From a virus (taxonomy: Duplodnaviria > Caudoviricetes): 64,000 nt of DNA. The stretch is taken from IMG/VR virus record IMGVR_UViG_3300006922_000005, one strand, 5' to 3'. Position numbers and translations under genes: made by a program. Positions within the stretch are counted from its first letter, which is position 1. Each line of letters starts with the position of its first letter. Positions 29,201-35,698 of this stretch are shown here, piece by piece. The notes under the pieces are model-generated. The model had not been told where the DNA came from and did no database searches. It was given only the letters and a program-made list of their open reading frames with translations.

Positions 29201-31166
29201 TTTATATCCAGGAACAAATGATAGTTTATTTGTAACAGTTGATGGTGTATATCTAAAACAAACTACAGATTATACTATTGATTACGAAAATAAAGAAATT
29301 GTTTTTGTTGATGCTCCAGACATTGGGGAAGTTGTAGCAATACAAACTCTTAATGTTGGCGGCGCAAATATTTTAGAAAGAAAAACATTTACAGGTGACG
29401 GAAGTACAACAGAATTTGAACTTACAGCCAAGTACAGTGATGTAGGAAGTGTTTTTGCAACAGTTAACGGTGTAAGTAAAACATATGTATTGCGTGAATC
29501 AACAACAGGTAGTGCAATAGTTGATATTACTAATCCGCCAAGTGTGTCTAATACAGTAATTCAAATTACTGCTTTAAGTTCAACTGAAAAAACATACAGT
29601 GAAATTATAAAAGAAGCAATTATTGATGATGGAAGTTCTATGGCATATACTATGTCAAACATTCCAGGCAATATTGCTCCTTATCATAACATGGTAATTG
29701 CAGAAGTAAAAGATATTAGCAGTGGTGTTGTAACTAGATTACTTCCACCAGACACTGTTTACTATGTAAGCAACGGAATAACACAAAATTATACAGTAAG
29801 TCAAAACCCAGAGTACCCTGTGTTTAGTTTAGCACTAGGAGAAATTGAAGTTTATCTAAACGGAAACAAACTAGTACCAATTAGAGACTTTAACTTTGAT
29901 ACGCAAACTAATCTTGTAACATTTAACCAGAATGTTTTAACTTCCGGTGATGTGATTGCAATTACTATCCTTAAAAATCACGAGTATGAAATTAATGTTA
30001 CTGGTGATAGTGCAGGAGATACTGAAGCAAACTTGGTAATATTAAAAAGTAGATCAGATTTACCAACAAATGCAGAGTTCCATGTAACAACATTTACTAA
30101 TCATGATTCAAACTTAATTAGAAAAGAAGTGTTTACTGGTAACTTAGGCGGCACTTATAAATTAAGTCGTCCTGCAATTGATTCAAACTATGTATGGGTT
30201 GAAATTGATGGTACACCATTAGTTGCAGAACGTGATTATAAGATTTTAGATAACAATATAACTGTTGAGATTGATAATAAATTTACTGTATTAGCAACAT
30301 CAAAAGTTACAATAACAACATTTAGTGAAGAATTAAGTTACGACTCTGTTGGATACAAAGTGTTTAACGATATGTTAGATAGAACACACTTCAAACGTAT
30401 TAGTGATAACGATAGTACTAAACTAGCCGCAGATTTATTGATTAGTGATAAAGAAATTACACTAACCGATACAAGTTTCTTTGATACTCCTTCGATAGCA
30501 GATAAAACACCGGGTGTTGTATGGATTGATAGAGAAAGAATTGAATTTTATAAAATTACTGGTAATAAACTAGGACAAATTACAAGAGGTACATTGGGTA
30601 CAGGTATTAAAGATACACACAAATTAGGTAGTTTAGTATTTGACGCAGGACCAGAGCAAACAGTTCCGTATAAAGAAAATATTAATGTATATGAAAGTGT
30701 TATAAGTCCAAATTTACCAAATGGTAGAAAAGAGCATGTATTAGAAACTGTAAATATAACAGGTAGTGCAAACGCACATGATCAAATTGAAGTATATTTG
30801 AGTGGCAGAAAACTACAAAAACCAACAGTAAGTACAAATCCTATCAAAATTCATGATGCAGAAATTGCATATGATAGTAATGAAACTAACAGTGCAGGTA
30901 CATCAAGTGATGTAACGCAAATAGCAGAGTTTACTGTAGAACCAGTAGCAGACTCAACAGGTAAAAGTTATTATAAGTTAATATTAAGGGATGAGCCTCA
31001 AGATGGTGCTCAACTAAAAGTAACACAGAAGCAAGGGCGTGTATGGTACGAACAAGGCGTTAATTCAGCGTCTACAGGCACCACACTACAACGTGCAGAA
31101 ACTGCTCAAGCCAGGTTCTTACTAGAAAGAACCAGTGGCTTACCTGTAATAAATATTAGGGAATAA
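17220..31166 (+). CDS. Giant multidomain virion/baseplate protein (4648 aa; gp7-like position) with cupredoxin-like, CBM-like, FG-GAP propeller and YHYH domains
   Basis: Uninterrupted ORF after gp6; motifs GHPF...YYACANHQSMQG, FG-GAP-like repeats, YHYH, repeated FTGDGSTTEF-type modules. Confidence 0.85.
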   Translation: MAYSDNNNAPVNKDNKDKFRNSADLLPMFFRTEANKKFLGATFDTLISKGQLEKINGFVGSRYSPTVKPEDRYLTEPTSNRRRYNLLPSVVIRDDFDDRTEWLATYDDLLNQLDFFNSETKNHNNLFSSKYYAWNPHIDFDKIANYRQYYWLPQGPSPVTVTGLAEGSISAFTVTNDSSGAYVFTPDGSSKNPVIKLFRGATYKFEVNAPGHPFNIKLAKTTGNTDLYTDGVTDNGTDNGTVVFTIPKGAPDILYYACANHQSMQGIFEIKDAVDELNIDIPTEVLGKTEYTSSNGVVFTNGLKVNFTGNVSPSKYKNKNYYVEGVGTGITLTPVTEFDTPEGYSQNFDYEFDVDSFDDTPYDDGESTPTTPEYVSINRASIDKNPWSRYNRWFHKEVIEATAKYNNTNIVLDETQRAKRPIIEFRPNMQLYNFATQGLGNIDVIDTVTTDAFSEVEGQIGYYVDQIDLTTGMRVTFTADPDITVAGKIYEVSFVTHGGKSRLRLEEVESGLTNTGIVVTNGVTNKGTSWYFNGTTWIKGQQKTTINQAPMFELFDNDGVSFTDTKYGVQNFVGNKLLSYKQGTGANDAILGFPISYQNVNNIGDICFNFDWDNDSFVYSTTDGNVLQDTAASVVKVNKSLTENTFESGWSLVDTKTRQKVIQLNDTIAETTLIEITAITNPGLYLTAKDIVVEYAGTVLKPNTGFTTTKSDDGKKLYINPVEFIPSDERITIKITTDEVPTQFGFYEAPINLTNNSENNDLTTFTLGSVTDHVRTIFSNNINVTGKFNNTSNARDIPNLYKSGTRYVKHQGSLLPAIFGLVDSETNVIKSIRKNALDYNVFKQQFLNMFETIEVTGAPRDDVDSILYSMSVNQNSNNSYFYSDMAGYGKSLSSTTYEVNTFEQQIFGIQSNFNLTANSNRSVYVYLNGEHLINGVDYNFDTIDNTVNLIKKTAIGDSVVIYDYNTIGSIIPSTPTKLGLYPKYTPEIYTDKTYITPTKIIQGHDGSKTKAFDDYRDELLLELEKRIYNNIKVEYNRDIFDNNEFKPGAFRKTDFTLDEFTSVLDDDFNYWSNLYSVNYLDNTTSVEGEIFSYNHNSGLDTVNGETLPGSWRGIYKKFFDTDRPHTAPWEMLGYSEKPSWWEGRYGAAPYTSGNDILWNDLEKGFDFNKQKANPVYARTGLSKIIPVDEYGDLKSPLQSNLVNNFITTNIGHDWVFGDMGPSEYSWRSSSWYPYVEQIALALLKPANYLTAQYDTSQNKVSPSGNIIYNSTGKILDFTDVKTHTLYYNNVRYFGSGYHVFVVDYMKQANQDVLTGYASRLAKTSMNLTYKTGAFVNKDRLRVLLESANPNSPDKSIFLPDENYEIAFRKSNPVYTASISGVVVEKVDKGYMVRGYDKYNPVFNIYPARLGQNDQAVNIGGTEANFIIWTEEKFYGAQQIVQYEGSYYRVKEDHTAQQQFDVSKYAKLAELPTTGGASAQIPTLFEDRLVRVPYQTVYTNKQDVYNFLLGYGQYLESIGFKFESRINELGEISDFRFSGKEFLYWTTQNFAKGSVITLAPFARNVSFEFSSGQVDNVLDTFYEYSIYNAGGNPISRKSISTVRDSGRFTLKPVDTQEGIFNVQLNLIQKEHVIVFDDKSVFGDIIYDQEAGYRQERIKLIGFKTTEWDGDLYSPGFVYDEAKISPWAQYRDYNLGDVVKYKTKFYTAKSFIAGEENFVYNKWSYLNQAPTAELLPNLDFKISSFQDFYNLDTETFDEASSKLSQHLVGYQKRIYLDNLIQDNTAQYKFYQGYIKEKGTTNAIDKISRLKIDDVQTDISIDEEWAFKVGSLGSNSTVKEIEFTLDESLNLENPQAYDFVSSVTSNTTPGNNIQITANNIAVKPVDYDNNPWPITTLDTTAGITSDYLNQLPVAGYPRLDDIPTTSVNYSDLVGSSVINQLDDSDLIWVAKDKDKDWNVYQLQTIPARVIQTDDLKTQFLDNEITLNTDIAHNLVVNQIISIKSFSESVDNVYLVKRINSTTQFVVEGSDTSTTLDDSTSGEILEFISNRVSNPDDINNIKNVSNIENDSLIFVDNDGTNKWAVYKKTRAFTENKWGSPNPITKQKFGYNIASANSGRTIVVAAPKFGDEGQIYILNREFNTGIQTLQVTQGFAISDNASDNIVSDAGLPALGTSLALSNDGTVLVAGASEASNFKAADDSTYASGFRVSVGNIDVAPSVFDREGVVTLHTYDTAENLFKRNYVIGCSEPESDLHFGASVLVSNTKLLVGAPGKTNFQGKVYIYDKTTRPDGSTLDWDLSDHHILSIPNSRDGDKFGSTMTANKDLSIVAISAPGYEEEGDDSTANKGAVFIYSLDSNNEYQLIQTLSSATFNQIDSGDSFGYSLDMSDNGTTLIVSAPYDDQNTINSGALYYFSKEVTADSTQDMYTYQQTIFSPLKQVQEQFGAKVSVNEDGTGFAVWSQHGQNRLTTTFDKFTLLEDSSLGETTRETTFDSQSLNIIDENYASGTVYTYTKLNTKFVYGQQLSSDTTQEFDEFGRGLIYTGNSLLVGAPNSKTADLTDDIGSLFVYQKTGSSGWNKIRTQDDPTDPYSVKKSFTFNTLKNDVKDFLETIDPVKGKIPYLAEKEISFKANIDPASYTRSDTNVTVKPTTAWTEEHVGQLWWDLSTVSYIWYEQGDTEYRKTNWGQQFPGSSIDVYEWVETDLLPSEWLELSVTQQGQSAGVSGTPKYNDDTLVQKNIYNFTSGGFETRYYYWVKNTVAVPNVKNRDLPAVEVANIINDPKTYGIKSIQLLSKNAISISNVKTTLDDKDVFLSVQYSNVDTDIPEHNEWQLISESQDKKIENTLLVKKLIDSAVGYDSEGNPVPDQALPVQRKYGIQVRPRQSMFVDRLDALKSIITFTNEVMSNTRVVDTKDINALSEKDPLPVSGSGKWDIQIDDYDELSQVGTEDLVTATATANIVNGRITSVNITNAGKGYKNAPAITISGTGTGAKLQSVIDAQGKITAINVNKTGKDYTVANLDIRPFRALVTLDSTANNNWTIYQWQASTKLWSRTNTQTFDLTRFWKYTDYVVAGFDIDSIINYKLKATYELNTITPIVGELVQVDNAGDGNKIILKRVISNGTFDDSYDLMYKANSTIQFNESVYNYELLNFGFAGQENYDVNLFDSEPIQETRRVLEIIRDNIFVDDLKDNWNKLFFIAVRYAFSEQTFVDWAFKTSFITVDNKLGGFSKKLNYKLSDPGYIEQYINEVKPYRTVIRNFYNSYDQVENTPVSNTDFDLPSYWDEENKIFVAPKITDDKITTEPYVNWFDNYKYNIGNVSVTDDGEGYTEAPVVIISGGRSNKPKIIQTNEFRPLVTTDYTDSRFYIKTTSIPDHGFSRNPGTFAVKSQDFTFEITRTPVEANTKVKTPMGAIGVAVNGVVFHNPKANSTEMRAGVDYTINAVHAGKLLSIDDGSGHPQEDGVYHYHADPSLMYTKDTTAHSPLLGYALDGYPIYGPYGWNTKSGRSNPRVMKSSYSLKTTVRSDGSNHDGTYVEDYEYIAGSGDLDEHNGRTCNTPEYPNGTYAYFVTVDPTDTNVQVYPYIVGPTYYGAPILPNGDKVLPGEAFVDATAVAYISRGIVREIVLTNPGSGYVSAPLVTLAGGGGENSVTRTAKAYARLENKKVRINAMSMKFDRIANSHLIQSQTQTDTFTATEGQIKFKLTYIPTLDKRQININIANETVYIENYDVSIVTLKDQTYKKQEGYIIFSVPPGKGKSVSITYEKSIDLMQATDRINYYYNPTAGMRGKEPSQLMTGVEYDGVKVQGLEFDISVGFDGLPWFSHGWDTFSGTNTDFAFRADGSTQTFTLPYTPEAGQEINVYFDNVRQDPTNTPTITGDGNTTAFTLDIGAPDGTLVVFRQKESDGSLVPTDVNNLDTILQGGNFQYSTATGQNPEDIDIDGDGFVTVDTSHAPEEVVPGQTFDSLSISVYNSPADGSPLIVTNRYIGNSLLRRYSFDLYPGTNDSLFVTVDGVYLKQTTDYTIDYENKEIVFVDAPDIGEVVAIQTLNVGGANILERKTFTGDGSTTEFELTAKYSDVGSVFATVNGVSKTYVLRESTTGSAIVDITNPPSVSNTVIQITALSSTEKTYSEIIKEAIIDDGSSMAYTMSNIPGNIAPYHNMVIAEVKDISSGVVTRLLPPDTVYYVSNGITQNYTVSQNPEYPVFSLALGEIEVYLNGNKLVPIRDFNFDTQTNLVTFNQNVLTSGDVIAITILKNHEYEINVTGDSAGDTEANLVILKSRSDLPTNAEFHVTTFTNHDSNLIRKEVFTGNLGGTYKLSRPAIDSNYVWVEIDGTPLVAERDYKILDNNITVEIDNKFTVLATSKVTITTFSEELSYDSVGYKVFNDMLDRTHFKRISDNDSTKLAADLLISDKEITLTDTSFFDTPSIADKTPGVVWIDRERIEFYKITGNKLGQITRGTLGTGIKDTHKLGSLVFDAGPEQTVPYKENINVYESVISPNLPNGRKEHVLETVNITGSANAHDQIEVYLSGRKLQKPTVSTNPIKIHDAEIAYDSNETNSAGTSSDVTQIAEFTVEPVADSTGKSYYKLILRDEPQDGAQLKVTQKQGRVWYEQGVNSASTGTTLQRAETAQARFLLERTSGLPVINIRE

Positions 31167-31169
31167 CCA

Positions 31170-31820
31170 ATGTCAGACAAGGATAACAAAGTGAAGAAAA
31201 CGTATCAAAAGCCAAATGAAAACCAGGGTGTGCTTATGGAAGGGCACATTAAAATCAGTGACCCTGAAACTAAGAAAATACTTGTGGATAAAAGGAACGC
31301 TATTCATTACGAAAATATGAGTATATCACTAGCAGAATCGCTAGGTAACGAAGGACGTGGTAACATTGTTGAAATGGCTTTTGGCAATGGTGGAACTACA
31401 GTTGATCCTACAGGTATTATTACATATTTGACACCAAACAATGTTGGTGTAAATGCAAGTTTATACAATCAAACATATTATAAAACTGTTGACGATAACA
31501 ATGTTAACAATACAGATCCTAGTAGAAACTTTATTGAAACTAGACACACATTAGGTGCAACTTATACTGACATTTTAATTAGTTGTTTACTTGATTACGG
31601 TGAGCCTAGTGGACAAGAAGCGTTTGATAACTCAACTGACATGGACGGAAACTATGTGTTTGATGAATTAGGGTTAAAAGCGTTCACAACAAATGGTGCA
31701 AACGCAGGAAGATTGTTAACACATGTAGTATTTCATCCTGTACAAAAGTCACTAAACAGATTAATTCAAATTGATTATACAATTAGAATTCAAAGTTTGA
31801 CTAACATAAGCGAGATTTAA
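31170..31820 (+). CDS. Virion structural protein (tail/baseplate associated)
   Basis: NAIHYENMS, FDELGL, THVVFHPVQKSLNRLIQIDYTIRIQ; operon context. Confidence 0.7.
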   Translation: MSDKDNKVKKTYQKPNENQGVLMEGHIKISDPETKKILVDKRNAIHYENMSISLAESLGNEGRGNIVEMAFGNGGTTVDPTGIITYLTPNNVGVNASLYNQTYYKTVDDNNVNNTDPSRNFIETRHTLGATYTDILISCLLDYGEPSGQEAFDNSTDMDGNYVFDELGLKAFTTNGANAGRLLTHVVFHPVQKSLNRLIQIDYTIRIQSLTNISEI

Positions 31821-31824
31821 CGAA

Positions 31825-33846
31825 ATGGCATATAGTGTAAATTTTACAAATTCGATTAATAAGAATCCTATTGTCATTGATGACAATAGTCGTAACACTG
31901 TTGATACTTCGTTAACTTTTATAGGGCGTAACGAAGCAAGTTACGGACAAGCGATTGCAGAAAACTTTTTACATGTATTAGAAAACTTTGCAAACGTTAC
32001 TCCACCAAATAATCCAATTGAAGGACAAGTTTGGTTTGATAGTGCAACTAACAGATTAAAAATTAATGATTCAACAGCAGGTTCTGCAAACTGGAGACCA
32101 GCAGGCGGCGTACATGTTGAAGCAGTTGAACCAACAAATCCACTAACAGGAGATGTTTGGGTTGATACAACAAACAATCAACTTTACATTTATACAGGTG
32201 CGGCATTCCAATTAGTTGGACCAAACTTTGCAGGCGGCCTTAAAGCAGGTGCTCAAGCAGAAGAAGTTGTTGATACACAAAATACTACTCATACAGTAAT
32301 TAAAAACTATGTTGCAGATAAAGTTGTAACAATTATTTCAAAAGATCAATTTATTCCAAGACAAAAAATTGAAGGATTTGTAGAATTGTTTCCAGGTATT
32401 AATATTTCTTCTACAGATTTTGACAACAATGGAATATTATTAAACAAATTACATGCAACAGCAACAAGGGCAGATGCATTAAATGTAACACAACCTGCTA
32501 TTGAAACTGTAAATGCAAATAACTTTATAAGAAGTGATATTACAGATACAATGAACGGTCAGTTGTTTGTAAGAAACGACGGTGGTGTAACAGTTGGATC
32601 AAATCAAATTTTTAACTTAGAGATTGCAAGTAACAATGCTGTAATTAAAAATAACTCATTAGATGGTAACATTGACTTTAAAGTTTTTCCAGAAGCAGAT
32701 AGAGATGTTGTTACTGTTATGCGTGTTGACGGAAGAAACAAACGTATAGGTATTAATCAAGTTTCACCAACAGTAGCATTAGATGTAACTGGTAGTGGAC
32801 ACTTTACACAAAATTTACAATTATCAGCAACAGATACATCAACATCAACATCAACCGGAGCACTTATTGTTGCAGGTGGTGCAGGTATTGCAGAAAACTT
32901 ATTTGTTGGCGGTAATGCAAACTTCCAAGGACATATTCAAGTTGGCGAAACAGGTAGTGGTACAGTTGCTATTCAACCCACAGACAATGGAACACAAGCG
33001 TTTGATAAATCATTAGACATTGGTACTACAAACAATTCATTTAGAAATGTTTATTCAGAAACATTTACAGGTAGACTAGTAGGTAGTGTTGTTGGTGATG
33101 TATTTGGTAACATTAATGGTACAGCAGATAGACTAGTTGCTTCAACAGTATTTAAAATTGGCGGACACGTTGCTGACTCTACAGGATTTAGTTTTGATGG
33201 TCAAACAGGTGGCGCAGAAAAAGTATTCAACGTAACATTAACACAAGATGCTATTTCAGATCAAACAGCAGTTACAGACAACGAAAACGATGACGAATTA
33301 TTAATTGTTAGATCAGGACAAGGACTTAAACGTACTAAAAGATCTAACTTTTTTGCAGGTGCTTCATTAGTACCAATTGGGGCAATTATGCCTTACGCAG
33401 GACCTATTACAACATTTGCAGATATTCCAAGTGGATATTTGTTATGTGATGGATCAGAAGTTGCACAAGGTATATATCCAGACTTATTTGATGTAATTGC
33501 ATTTACATACGGTGCTGGTGTTAACCCAAGTACATTTAAATTACCAGACTTACGTGGTAGATTTCCACTAGGTTTAGACAACATGGACAATGGAACTACA
33601 GTAAACGATGTTAGTGGTTCAGCAGTTGATGCAGGTGGTGGTACAGCAAACAGAGTTACAAATACTAGTGCAAGGTCACTAGGTGGTTCAGGAGGTGTTG
33701 AGCAAATCGATACAACTAACGTTGCATTTGGTAGTGGTACACAATTCAGTGATACAACAGGAAGCGGACCATATCAGAATCAAAATGTAATGAATCCATA
33801 TTTGGCGTTAAGTTACATTATTAGATCAGGGGAGCCAGCGGCGTAA
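31825..33846 (+). CDS. Tail fibre with C-terminal phage tail collar domain (gp12-like)
   Basis: PIGAIMPYAG...GYLLCDGSEV...YPDLFDVI...FKLPDLRGRFPLG collar motif. Confidence 0.85.
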   Translation: MAYSVNFTNSINKNPIVIDDNSRNTVDTSLTFIGRNEASYGQAIAENFLHVLENFANVTPPNNPIEGQVWFDSATNRLKINDSTAGSANWRPAGGVHVEAVEPTNPLTGDVWVDTTNNQLYIYTGAAFQLVGPNFAGGLKAGAQAEEVVDTQNTTHTVIKNYVADKVVTIISKDQFIPRQKIEGFVELFPGINISSTDFDNNGILLNKLHATATRADALNVTQPAIETVNANNFIRSDITDTMNGQLFVRNDGGVTVGSNQIFNLEIASNNAVIKNNSLDGNIDFKVFPEADRDVVTVMRVDGRNKRIGINQVSPTVALDVTGSGHFTQNLQLSATDTSTSTSTGALIVAGGAGIAENLFVGGNANFQGHIQVGETGSGTVAIQPTDNGTQAFDKSLDIGTTNNSFRNVYSETFTGRLVGSVVGDVFGNINGTADRLVASTVFKIGGHVADSTGFSFDGQTGGAEKVFNVTLTQDAISDQTAVTDNENDDELLIVRSGQGLKRTKRSNFFAGASLVPIGAIMPYAGPITTFADIPSGYLLCDGSEVAQGIYPDLFDVIAFTYGAGVNPSTFKLPDLRGRFPLGLDNMDNGTTVNDVSGSAVDAGGGTANRVTNTSARSLGGSGGVEQIDTTNVAFGSGTQFSDTTGSGPYQNQNVMNPYLALSYIIRSGEPAA

Positions 33847-35684
33847 TGAGTTATACAGTAAACAAAACAAACGGTTCAGTTTTAACTATTGTCGGTGACG
33901 GTACAGTTGATGCAACATCAACAGATATTACACTAGTTGGTAGAAAATACAGTGGGTACGGAGAAGTACTTAACGAAAATACAATTAAGTTATTAGAAAA
34001 TTTTGCAAACAGAACAGCACCTAACTCACCGTTAGAAGGACAAGTTTGGTATGATACATTAGAAGGACGTTTAAAAGTTTATACTGGTAGCGTTTTTAAA
34101 CCAACTGGTGGTCCTTTAGTTCAAGATACAGAACCAGCAGGATTAGTTATTGGTGATTTATGGATTAACAACGAAGCAAACCAACTTTACTTTTATGACG
34201 GAGTGGATCTAAGTTTAGCAGGTCCTATATATTCAAATGCAGAAGGTAAGCATGGGTGGATTGTAGAAAACCTTGTTGACACAGGAAACAATGGGCGTTC
34301 AATTACAGGTTTATGGGTAAACGGAGAACGTATAGGTATTTTAAGTAGATACCAATTTACACCACAAACAGCAATTAATGGATTTGCAAGTATTAATGTT
34401 GGTTTAAATTTTAGTACGGCAGTAACAGGATTAAAATTACACGGTACAGCAACATCAGCAGATGCAGTTGCAGGTATTGCTCCTGGACAGTTTTTACGTT
34501 CAGATGAAAGTGATATTACAACAGGTACACTTGGTGTACTTAATGATGGCGGACTTACATTAGGTTCTTCTAGTAACTTTACACAATTTATTAGTAGTAC
34601 TGTAACAACATTTAAAAACAACCTACAAGATAGAGATTGGTTACTACAGGTTAACTCAAGTGTTACCGGTGGATTAACAAATGCAATTGATATTGATAGT
34701 TCTTCACTTACACTAAAATTATTTGAAGGTAGAGAAACTAGTAACGTTGTAATGGGTGGTGATTTAACTATTGATGGAAATCTTATTGTAAGTGGAGACA
34801 CAACAACAGTTAATGTTGCTACAATGAGAGTTGAAGATAAAAACATTGAACTTGCATACGGCGGAACGCCAACTGATACACTAGCAAACGGTGGAGGTAT
34901 TACTCTTAAAGGTACAACTGATCATACAATTAATTGGGCAAACAGCACAACAAATTGGACTACTAGTGATAACTTTGGTGTTGCATCAGGTAAGCATTTC
35001 CATGTAAATGATGTATTAGTATTAAGCAATGATACTTTAGGTGCAGGAGTTGTAAATTCAAGTTTAACAAATGTAGGAACACTTACAGAATTACAAGTTG
35101 ATAGTTTAGAACTAAATGGTAACACAATTTCTACTATTACAACAAACACAGATTTAAATATTGATGTACATGGTACAGGTAATGTTGTATTTGATAATGA
35201 AGAATCAACACCAGTTACACAAATTAAAGGTGTAGCAGATCCAACAGTGGCACAAGATGTTGCTACTAAAAATTATGTTGATACAGAAATTACAAATCAA
35301 GATATCATTATAACTATGAACGTTACAGGAATGGCAAGTCAAAACACAGTTGAAATTCCAGCAGAATTAGCAAAACTAGCACCACCAGTAAATTACCAAG
35401 TTGGTACACAAGCAAGAATATTGTGTGAAACACTTTCACTTGCAGGTACACCAACTACTATTACAACAAACACAGGAACAACTACAGGTTTAACAAACGA
35501 ATTATTAGTTAATCAAGTAGCAGTAGATAAAGATGGAAGTGTAAGTAGTGCAAGTGTAGTACAGAGTCTGAGTTTTCCAAATGGTATAACACCAAGTGGT
35601 AACTCAATTGCAGTAGCAAGAACAACTAAAATATTCGAAATCCAAACAGGTCCATTAAGATGGGCGTATGTGAGTGATGTGTAA
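33846..35684 (+). CDS. Tail fibre paralogue 2
   Basis: Shared N-terminal ENFA/PLEGQVWYD module; VEDKNIEL and ATKNYVD fibre motifs. Confidence 0.85.
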   Translation: MSYTVNKTNGSVLTIVGDGTVDATSTDITLVGRKYSGYGEVLNENTIKLLENFANRTAPNSPLEGQVWYDTLEGRLKVYTGSVFKPTGGPLVQDTEPAGLVIGDLWINNEANQLYFYDGVDLSLAGPIYSNAEGKHGWIVENLVDTGNNGRSITGLWVNGERIGILSRYQFTPQTAINGFASINVGLNFSTAVTGLKLHGTATSADAVAGIAPGQFLRSDESDITTGTLGVLNDGGLTLGSSSNFTQFISSTVTTFKNNLQDRDWLLQVNSSVTGGLTNAIDIDSSSLTLKLFEGRETSNVVMGGDLTIDGNLIVSGDTTTVNVATMRVEDKNIELAYGGTPTDTLANGGGITLKGTTDHTINWANSTTNWTTSDNFGVASGKHFHVNDVLVLSNDTLGAGVVNSSLTNVGTLTELQVDSLELNGNTISTITTNTDLNIDVHGTGNVVFDNEESTPVTQIKGVADPTVAQDVATKNYVDTEITNQDIIITMNVTGMASQNTVEIPAELAKLAPPVNYQVGTQARILCETLSLAGTPTTITTNTGTTTGLTNELLVNQVAVDKDGSVSSASVVQSLSFPNGITPSGNSIAVARTTKIFEIQTGPLRWAYVSDV

Positions 35685-35698
35685 GGAAATAAAGAGCG

